64,000 nt of DNA. Origin: Deltaproteobacteria bacterium. Its GTDB lineage: Bacteria > Myxococcota_A > UBA9160 > SMWR01. Under the pieces are notes generated by a model. It was not told where the DNA came from, did no database searches, and saw nothing but the letters and a program-made list of their open reading frames with translations. Of the stretch, positions 57,601 to 64,000 are shown one piece after another. The translations under genes were made by a program, and so were the position numbers. The stretch is taken from positions 11,801 to 75,800 of the forward strand of contig JAQBHB010000069.1 in the NCBI GenBank assembly GCA_032128115.1, in the 5' to 3' direction. Positions within the stretch are counted from its first letter, which is position 1. Each line of letters starts with the position of its first letter.

Positions 57601-60168
57601 GTAGAAATCGATCAGCGCGAAGCTGAAGCGATCCCAACGCCACTCGACGCGGCCGCCCACTTCGAGCGCGCTGATGTCCTCCCACGGGTCCGGCGGCCGG
57701 TCGAAGCCCGCAACGCCCAGGCCGATGAAACCGTGAGCGGCGATTCCCAACGTGAGGCCACAGATGACGTCGAAGACGTACGGCTCACCGCAGGCGCCAA
57801 GGTCAGCCGGCTGGTAATCGTCGATATTGGCCGCGATTTCCACGCGCACGTCCTGGAGGGGTCCCACGTCCCAGAACGAGTAGATGAACTTGGCCGCCCA
57901 CAGACCGATCCGGGCCTCCTCCAGCGAGGGCAGCGAAGACAGCCCGAGGTCCGTGGGATTGAACTGGTCGGTGGTGCGGAAGAGCTCCGTCTTGCCCCAG
58001 ACGATGTTCTGGAGACCCAGGCGCATGTAGAGCCGGCTCTCGAGCATCTCGATGTCGAGGTAGGCCTCCTTCAGCTCCTTGTTGTCCTGCTGCGACTGGC
58101 CCCGGTTGAAGGCCCGGTCGGTCTCGTTGATGTTGAAGCCCGGGTCGTTGAAGTCGACGGTCTGCAGGGCCTGGATGTAGCCCTGACTGGGGTAGTAGAC
58201 GCCCTGGGCGCTCAGCAGCGCAGCGTTCACCTCGGTGTCGAGAACGCTCAGGTCCGGCGCGGGCCGCAACGGGAGTTCGCCGCTGCCGCCCGCGATCTGG
58301 CGATTCGTGAATGGGTAGGCGCCGCCGTTGCCGGCCAGGCTGGCCACCCGGGAGCCGTCGGTGAACTCCTGGGCCGCGACGCTCCGACCGGACTCGTCGG
58401 CGCCGTTGGGGCAGCGACCCGGATCCTTGATGCGATCGGTTCCCGCCTTGCAATACGAGGCGTCGGGGCTGGTGACGTTGACGGTCGGGGCGCCCTTGGG
58501 GGGGAAATTCGGAACGATGTTGCTGAGATCCCCACCAAATCCCTCTTGCTCCAGCCCCTTGAAGACCGGGACGATGGGTTGGATGCCCGAGACTGTGCCG
58601 CCGTTGATGGCGAAGGTGTCTCCCACACTCACCGGGAAGGCCGGGTCCTTCTCCTGGAGATAAAACGACCGGGTCACGTTCCGGGTCCCAACCCTCACCC
58701 GGGTGACGATGATGAAGACTTCTTGCGCATCGAAGGACCCCTGGGTCTGCGCCTTCCGGGTCGTGGTGTCCGAGATGGGCGGAAGCTCGAACGTGTTGGT
58801 TCCGGAACCCATGTCGCCAAGGTCCACGGCGGCGCCGCCGGCCGAGGTCGAGAGCGCGAACGTGTCCGCGTCGATCACGATCGCGTAGTAGGCGGTGTCG
58901 TCCGTGAGCCCCGTGGGCAGGACGCCAGCCCCCGGGTTCTGGACTCCTTGATTGTCCAGGGTGCCCATGAGGGCGCGAATCGGCTGACCCGTTACGAGCC
59001 CGTGGGCGATCTGGGTGAAGGTATTGGTGTCGTCGTGGACCGACACCGGCAGGAAGGCCTGATTCGAGTCCGCGGGAACGACCCCGTCGACGAACTGCGT
59101 GAAGAGTGCCGTCTGGTTCTGCTCGAGCAGCGAGTCGGGAATCGCCAGGGTGTTGAAGAGCTGATCGCCCCTGGCGAACGGCACCCCATCGACGATGCAG
59201 CCCGCAGTCGAGGCGCAGTACTGCGGGGTGTAGACCGACTCGAAATTGGGCGCCGGGTCCAACAGGTCCATCGTGGGGTCGTTGGGGTCCGGGAGGGGCA
59301 CCTCGGTGCCGCCGTTTTTAAACAGGGCCGGATCGCCCACCCAGAAACGTGTGCGCCCTGTGCGGTCCTTGATGACCGGGGCGATCTTGCCGCGGTAGGG
59401 ATTGGCGCGATCGATGAGCAACGCCGACTCGGTCAGGAAGTTCCTGGGCAGCCACGGCGCCATCAGGGCCGCACCGGCGGCGCCGTTGCCCTTCTGGAAC
59501 TTCGCGGCGAATGCGAAGTCGAGCACCGAGTTCAGGGTGTAGCGTCCGGGGTCGTCGTCCGGCGGGTTGATGCTGGCGAAGATTTCAGGGTCGTTCGGGT
59601 CGGTGGGGTCGGCGAAAACGTGGGCGGGCAGTCGGTCGGCGCCCTTGGCCGCCAGCAGACCCGTGGTCCGTCCGGAGGGCCGCGTATCCTCGAAGAGGTC
59701 CTCGACCGTATTGGGGGCGCGCCCGGGGTCGAGCAGCGGCTCCACGTCGTTCAGGTCGATCACGCCGGCAAAATCGCGGTCCTGGGCGTCGCTCAAACGG
59801 GGCGGGAGACGGCTCGAATCGTTGCCGAACACCTCTGCATTGGGCACCACACCGCAGCCGTGGGAGTACACGCAGTCGTAGCGACCCTCGAGCCGGACGT
59901 ACGCGCTGATCAGATCGAAGGGACCCACACCATCGGGCGCGACGTCGAATTCCAACTCCAGGTTGAGGACGTTGTACCACTGGGTGAGGTTCAGCTCCTC
60001 ACTGAAGGACTTGCTGATCCCGCGGACCTGCATCTCGTAGAAGCCGTGGGCCTGGATGCGGCCGTCGTACATCTCGGCGGCCTGGGCGCGCGGCAGAACC
60101 AGGACGACCAGCGCGAGCGCGGCGAGCCCACACGCGGCTCGTCGATCACAGGAACGTCGCCCGCTCAT
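54631..60168 (-). CDS. Very large DUF1302-like outer-membrane beta-barrel protein (1845 aa)
   Basis: Signal peptide (AQA); LKEAYLD, RLGLQNIVWGKTE, DQFNP.D, NVLGFSTDF, amphipathic C-terminal strands ending LRLRWTF (beta signal). Confidence 0.75.
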   Translation of the reverse strand: MSGRRSCDRRAACGLAALALVVLVLPRAQAAEMYDGRIQAHGFYEMQVRGISKSFSEELNLTQWYNVLNLELEFDVAPDGVGPFDLISAYVRLEGRYDCVYSHGCGVVPNAEVFGNDSSRLPPRLSDAQDRDFAGVIDLNDVEPLLDPGRAPNTVEDLFEDTRPSGRTTGLLAAKGADRLPAHVFADPTDPNDPEIFASINPPDDDPGRYTLNSVLDFAFAAKFQKGNGAAGAALMAPWLPRNFLTESALLIDRANPYRGKIAPVIKDRTGRTRFWVGDPALFKNGGTEVPLPDPNDPTMDLLDPAPNFESVYTPQYCASTAGCIVDGVPFARGDQLFNTLAIPDSLLEQNQTALFTQFVDGVVPADSNQAFLPVSVHDDTNTFTQIAHGLVTGQPIRALMGTLDNQGVQNPGAGVLPTGLTDDTAYYAIVIDADTFALSTSAGGAAVDLGDMGSGTNTFELPPISDTTTRKAQTQGSFDAQEVFIIVTRVRVGTRNVTRSFYLQEKDPAFPVSVGDTFAINGGTVSGIQPIVPVFKGLEQEGFGGDLSNIVPNFPPKGAPTVNVTSPDASYCKAGTDRIKDPGRCPNGADESGRSVAAQEFTDGSRVASLAGNGGAYPFTNRQIAGGSGELPLRPAPDLSVLDTEVNAALLSAQGVYYPSQGYIQALQTVDFNDPGFNINETDRAFNRGQSQQDNKELKEAYLDIEMLESRLYMRLGLQNIVWGKTELFRTTDQFNPTDLGLSSLPSLEEARIGLWAAKFIYSFWDVGPLQDVRVEIAANIDDYQPADLGACGEPYVFDVICGLTLGIAAHGFIGLGVAGFDRPPDPWEDISALEVGGRVEWRWDRFSFALIDFYGYDDIPSPDPIMYFERNVDLATGRPLVTRFAGGDAGLQHTWTGVAGSGCATPGTDPTTGLSTSPVMVVDGSFVELDFSNSKNPLSSSPRGIGIDGPCLKAGGAADYQATNDFGGAQNALEFHPANQQFHAFACSATLGVVGLDPTVCALAIFGSTNVVAGGVAPFPASEFFSIVFTGEPASNAFIISLTGQARGLDPDAHGVAAPLVTMNRDRGPICDPSMGTDPEKAACVASLQAGGWDGIITARNTAINLPNPDNPTSVMFVNPGGDGLIETVNCADFRANGNTQAANSGPCRELSFHYDAGSDWLTLDSTLTNEQKALLGCGPFLGTRCDSADAVPIYRERDPGDGVLEGVLEEEDTPLIPRGGGIDLLNADASFLFQSWVGIEGTGPDNWTPRLVAAFEASEAERVDPDGGMIDRCQRTSPVPPQYCRVGANDSLTKGGGFFPLIDITPDDPTDNPVPLRFTNPVFPTWLTTAQSLLQPHTFRLGEYDDSALAAQLGFEPSIQPVGAHSDTAQPCTVFNEGTGELVVLPGCRGIESISEEADGSSPTGKRYVVTFQDEYLPSVDGCVFGDSNGDGELDIGGIPVRAVGFDGTPANGGFGSGTLSEQLESCAAKGGTLAEGSNSRGQDPDGIPFRQGIPLLGAQTLFHPMAGCRPDEDAASLDPSRNNCDWFNRDLSAELMGANPENVFMFQTEGAALSYNVQMFFVASSCAGDSQQERMADNECFDPNDSFSPQRCSFAAPQFCSNVKGFMGLSGPRRNVVQAGGTNGRGRRVFLWNSGGEIVLQYDQRNVLGFSTDFAEDVTKTNWNMEFTWVGGETVFDANSFNGVNETDTLNLTVSVDRPTFINFLNPNRTFFFNSQWFFQYFTDYEGGFGGNGPWNILFTFAILAGYFQDRLLPQFVTVYDFQSQSGGVLPQMQYRFTENFSATIGANLFFGQTELKNMPIRGVAPNGNRADPNAYKNGEDNLLSLFRGRDELFLRLRWTF

Positions 60169-60342
60169 TCCTCGCGTCCTCCGCCCGGCTTTGACTGCTC
60201 TTCATTCCCGCATCACCGGCGGATGGACGCTGCCGGTATCGCGCTTTCCCCAGAACCCGGAGAACCGAAGTGCGAGAAGGCCCATTCCGGCCGGCCGCGA
60301 GGCCGCTCCGGAGAGCCCTCGGCACAGGATCTTCCGAACGCA

Positions 60343-60378
60343 GTTATACCCTCGCCGGAATCCCGAAAACAATGTTTT
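60343..60378 (-). promoter_or_regulatory. Putative promoter and AT-rich palindromic operator upstream of the DUF1302-like gene
   Basis: Minus-strand TATAAC at 60348-60343; AAAACA-A-TGTTTT palindrome (60366-60378) over the -35 position. Confidence 0.45.
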
Positions 60379-60430
60379 TCTTGGAGACGTGCCGACGGGC
60401 AGAAGACCGTCGGAAGGCGGACGAGACGCT

Positions 60431-63253
60431 CTAGCCGTCGTTGCCGGGGCTGGTGGGCTTTTGCGCGCCCAGTTTTTTGCCAGCGACCCCATTTTGCTCG
60501 GTCTTCGTGGCAGCCGCACTCTTGCGAGTCCCCTGTTTGAGGGACACTCGCTTGCGCGACACCTTCTTGCCGGTGGCCTTCTTGCGTGTCGCCTTCTTAG
60601 GTGTGGTCTTCTTGCCGGTGGCCTTCGCGCCTGTCTTCTTCTTGCGCGTAGTCTTCTTGCGCGTGGGTTGCGCATCCTCGGCAGCGCCGCGTCGGCCTCC
60701 CGCACGGGGCTGGAACTCGAATCCGTGGCGCCCATTCTCTTTGAGCACCAGGGTGGCGGAGAAGGGCCGCCCGAAGCGCGACGTGAAGTCGGTGAGGAGT
60801 TCGGTCTTCCCGTTCTCGAGATAGACAAGAGCCTCCTCCCGCGTGATCTCGCGCTTGCAGACCGTGCGGGGAAACACGAATCCGCAGCTCTTGGGGAGCG
60901 AGTCGTCCTTTTCGCCCTTGCCGAGCTGCTCTTCCGCGAGCTTGCGCTCGCAAATGAACTGCAGAGGCGATTCCACGATCGAGCACTCCTCCTTGAGGGG
61001 GCAGCGGCCCAGGGGCTCGGAATTGACCTCGTACTCGGGCTGGTCGCTGACACCCTCGCCTTCGTTCCAACCCAGCGACTTCACCTTGAGCTGCCACGCT
61101 TCGCGATCGATCTCGAGGTTGCCCTTGTAGGTGCGCCCGCTGCGAGCGGTGAAGCCGTCGATGGGCCCGGCCGCCCCATCCCTGAGGAGGTTGGCCACCG
61201 TGGCGCGATCCAGGTAGCGACCCGAGGTGTCCTTCCAGAAGCGCATGGGGCAGTCGTCCTCCCGCTCCACGCCTTCCTGGGGCTCGCAGCGGTAGAACCA
61301 CGCCATCTCGATGACCTTGCGGCCGCAGCTGGGGCAGTCCCCCAGTGGCCGCATGTCGTAGAGCTCCTCGTACTCGAAGGTCTTGGCGATTTCCACGATT
61401 TCGCAGGCGTACTGCGTAATCTCGCGCATGAAGTCTTCGCCACTGCGCCGGCCTTGCTCCACCTCGAGCAGGTGGTTCTCGATCTCGCCGGTGAGCTCCG
61501 GGGAGGTCAGGCGGTCGATGTGGATGCGCCGCAGGGTGTCGATCAAACGGATGCCCTTGACCGAGGGCCGAAGCGCGCGATCCATGCGCACCGCGTACCC
61601 CTTGCCGATCAGGTTCTCGATGACGTCGGCGCGGGTGGCCACGGTTCCGATGCCCTTCTCGTGGAGCACCGCCGCCAGGTCCTCGTCCTCGATCTGCTTG
61701 CCCGCATTCTCCATGAGTGTGAGCAGCCGGGCCTCGCTGATGCGCGGCGGCGGCTTGGTCTCCTCCGCCACCAGCTCGGCGTCGCCGCATCGCACGGAAA
61801 CGTCGCTGGCCTCGCTGCTCCCGGGAATCAGCGGCGCCAGCCGGGGGGTCTTGCTGTCTTCGTCGTCGGAGCGGAGCAACACCGAGCGCCATCCCTCCTC
61901 CATGAGGGTGCGCTCCCGGGTGCGGAAGTTCTCGGCACCCACTTCGGTGACACGCTCTACGCGCTCCCACACCGCCGGCGGAAAGAACGCCGACAGGAAT
62001 CGCCGGGTCACCACGTCGAACAGGCGCAGGTCGTCGCCGGTGAGCGGCTGCTCCGGCAGATTGCCGGTGGGGATGATCGCGAAGTGGTCGGAGATCCCCT
62101 TGTCGTCGAATACCCGCTTGATGTTCTCGAGGCCGGCGCGCTGCAGGGTCGACGCCGAGTTCGCGTAATCGACGAAGCCCTCGCCCGGGTGTTTGGCGGC
62201 AGCGGCCAGGGCCCCGATCGTCTCATCGACCGTCTGGCGGTAGTCGCTGGGGAGACAGCGCGAGTCGGTGCGCGGATAGGTGAGCAGCTTGTGGCGGTCG
62301 TAGCAGCGTTGCGCCGCCGAAAGCGTGCGCCGAGCCGACCAGCCGTAGCGACGATGGGCTTCGCGTTGCAGGCTGGTGAGATCGAACAACGGCGGGGCCG
62401 TCTCGCGCGAGGGCTTGCGCGTCTCGCGGGCCACGCCGCCAGTGCCGGACACGGCGGCCACGATCGCCTGGGCTCGCTTCTCATCGAAGATCCGGTCGTC
62501 CTTCTGGGCATCGTCCTCGCCGGCCTTGAACGACGGATCGAACCAGGCGCCCTGGTAGGTGTGACCGTCGTGCTGAAAGGGCGTGGTAACCCTCCAGTAG
62601 GGGCGCGGCACGTGGGCGAGCACTTCGTGCTCACGCTCCACCAACATGGCCAGGGTGGGCGTCTGGACGCGTCCCGCGGACCAGGAGGTGCGCTCCTTGC
62701 GGCTCTTGAGCCGCTTGGTGAGCGCTCGCGTCGCATTCATGCCGATGATCCAGTCGGACCGGGCCCGGCAGGCTGCCGCGTCGGCGAGGCCCTGGAGTTC
62801 CTCGCCCGGCCGTAGCTCCTGGAAGCCTTTCCGGATGGCGCTGACGGTCATCGACTGCAGCCAGAGGCGGAGTATGGGCTTGTTGGATTCCAGGTGGTCG
62901 ACGATCTCCCGGAAGATCAGCTCGCCCTCGCGGCCGGCGTCGCACGCGTTCACCACCGAATCGACGTCGTCGCGGGTGAGGAGCCGCTTGATGGTGCGGA
63001 TCCGCTCGCTCTGCCCCTTCTTGGGTTTGAGGCGGAACTCGACGGGAATGATGGGCAGCGCATCGAGGGTCCAGCGTTTGTATTTGTCGTCGATCTCCTC
63101 CGGCGCGAGCAGCTCGAAGAGATGGCCCACGGCGAAGGTCACGACGCGGGTGTCGCTCTCGAAGTAGCCGTCGTGTTCGGTGAAGCCGCCGAGGGCTGCG
63201 ACGATGTCGCGGGCGACGCTGGGCTTCTCGGTAATGACGAGAGCTTTGGCCAA
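60431..63253 (-). CDS. topB: Type IA DNA topoisomerase (topoisomerase III type) with Lys-rich tail
   Basis: ITEKPSVARDI, AVGHL, NACDAGREGELI, GMNATR, SAGRVQTPTL, TYPRTDS, DHFAIIPT, GIGTVATR. Confidence 0.92.
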   Translation of the reverse strand: MAKALVITEKPSVARDIVAALGGFTEHDGYFESDTRVVTFAVGHLFELLAPEEIDDKYKRWTLDALPIIPVEFRLKPKKGQSERIRTIKRLLTRDDVDSVVNACDAGREGELIFREIVDHLESNKPILRLWLQSMTVSAIRKGFQELRPGEELQGLADAAACRARSDWIIGMNATRALTKRLKSRKERTSWSAGRVQTPTLAMLVEREHEVLAHVPRPYWRVTTPFQHDGHTYQGAWFDPSFKAGEDDAQKDDRIFDEKRAQAIVAAVSGTGGVARETRKPSRETAPPLFDLTSLQREAHRRYGWSARRTLSAAQRCYDRHKLLTYPRTDSRCLPSDYRQTVDETIGALAAAAKHPGEGFVDYANSASTLQRAGLENIKRVFDDKGISDHFAIIPTGNLPEQPLTGDDLRLFDVVTRRFLSAFFPPAVWERVERVTEVGAENFRTRERTLMEEGWRSVLLRSDDEDSKTPRLAPLIPGSSEASDVSVRCGDAELVAEETKPPPRISEARLLTLMENAGKQIEDEDLAAVLHEKGIGTVATRADVIENLIGKGYAVRMDRALRPSVKGIRLIDTLRRIHIDRLTSPELTGEIENHLLEVEQGRRSGEDFMREITQYACEIVEIAKTFEYEELYDMRPLGDCPSCGRKVIEMAWFYRCEPQEGVEREDDCPMRFWKDTSGRYLDRATVANLLRDGAAGPIDGFTARSGRTYKGNLEIDREAWQLKVKSLGWNEGEGVSDQPEYEVNSEPLGRCPLKEECSIVESPLQFICERKLAEEQLGKGEKDDSLPKSCGFVFPRTVCKREITREEALVYLENGKTELLTDFTSRFGRPFSATLVLKENGRHGFEFQPRAGGRRGAAEDAQPTRKKTTRKKKTGAKATGKKTTPKKATRKKATGKKVSRKRVSLKQGTRKSAAATKTEQNGVAGKKLGAQKPTSPGNDG

Positions 63254-63529
63254 CGGACGATTCTCCCCCCGGGGCCGACGGATTCGGGCCCCTCCATTAG
63301 GCCGGCGTTCTTAGCCCGACGTTCCCGGCCTGACAAGCCGGGCGCTCCCGCGGCCCCCCTCTCCGACCCTCTGGGCGGCGCGCAGCCGCGGGCCTCATCG
63401 GTCGGGGAATGGGCGGCAAGACTTGAGACGCTGCTCGGCACCCCGCGGGGAAGTTGCGGGCAATCGGGCTCTCCGGCAGGTTCCGCGGCCACGAACGAAC
63501 ACCGCCGCGCGCCGGCGGGAGGTGACAGC

Positions 63530-63868
63530 ATGCCGGACACCATCTTCGGCAAGATCGCCCGGGGCGAAATTGCCACGCAGATCGTGTACCAGGACGATCT
63601 CGCTCTTGCCTTTCACGACGCAAGCCCGCAGGCGCCGGTCCATCTGCTCGTCATCCCGCGCAAACCGATCGAGCGACTGGCCCTGGCGGAGGAAGGAGAC
63701 GCGTCACTGCTGGGACACCTGCTCCTCGTGGCGCGTCGGGTCGCCGCGGACGCTGGCCTCACAGACTACCGCCTGGTGGTGAACAACGGCCCCGGCGCCG
63801 GCCAGACCGTCTTCCACCTCCACATCCACATAATCGGCGGCCGCCCCCTCACCTGGCCCCCCGGGTAG
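63530..63868 (+). CDS. hinT: Histidine triad nucleotide-binding protein
   Basis: SD GGAGGTGA; TIFGKIARGEI, PQAPVHLLVIP, GQTVFHLHIHIIGGR, WPPG. Confidence 0.95.
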   Translation: MPDTIFGKIARGEIATQIVYQDDLALAFHDASPQAPVHLLVIPRKPIERLALAEEGDASLLGHLLLVARRVAADAGLTDYRLVVNNGPGAGQTVFHLHIHIIGGRPLTWPPG

Positions 63869-63922
63869 ATCGCGGGGGGGGAAGTGAAGGGGCCGGCCCC
63901 GATTGCGGCGGCCCGCTTGCGG

Positions 63923-64000
63923 TTACGGGATCAGCTCGACCGGGATGGCGTTGAGGTTCCAGGTGAAGATGGAGCGGTCGTCGGGGCGCACGTAGATCAC
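63923..64000 (-). CDS. C-terminal fragment of a gene entering from beyond the window
   Basis: Open frame VIYVRPDDRSIFTWNLNAIPVELIP-TAA with high third-position GC. Confidence 0.6.
   Translation of the reverse strand: MIYVRPDDRSIFTWNLNAIPVELIP

Overview
High-GC bacterial chromosomal window. It is probably Myxococcota, inferred from the dnaX-ybaB-recR-mglBA synteny, the fused-ActB alternative complex III and the giant DUF1302-like protein. Content is mostly housekeeping: infA, three tRNAs (Ser-CGA, Pro-CGG, Asn-GTT), SRP RNA, dnaX/ybaB/recR, mglBA, priA-def-fmt-rsmB-rpe, greA, trkA, PPi-type PFK, kdsB, an actABCDEF cluster, an acyl-CoA dehydrogenase pair, a two-component system, topB and a HIT protein. 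I saw no rRNA, CRISPR array, transposase or integrase. The most unusual items are: (1) an unannotated, heavily base-paired ~300-nt minus-strand RNA at 37979-38274, with a strong Shine-Dalgarno, a 14-codon ORF, alternative pairings and a terminator; (2) next to it, a membrane-anchored RNase Z-like protein that has lost its metal-binding histidines; (3) an 1845-aa DUF1302-like outer-membrane protein with 30 paired cysteines and a phage-tail-like insert, convergent with a DUF1329-like gene; (4) a TMTC-like glycosyltransferase-TPR-sulfatase fusion; (5) a DUF151 nuclease with a lipoprotein signal; (6) an adenylate cyclase-TPR lipoprotein-FN3 lipoprotein operon. All family calls come from motif recognition by eye, not from database searches.
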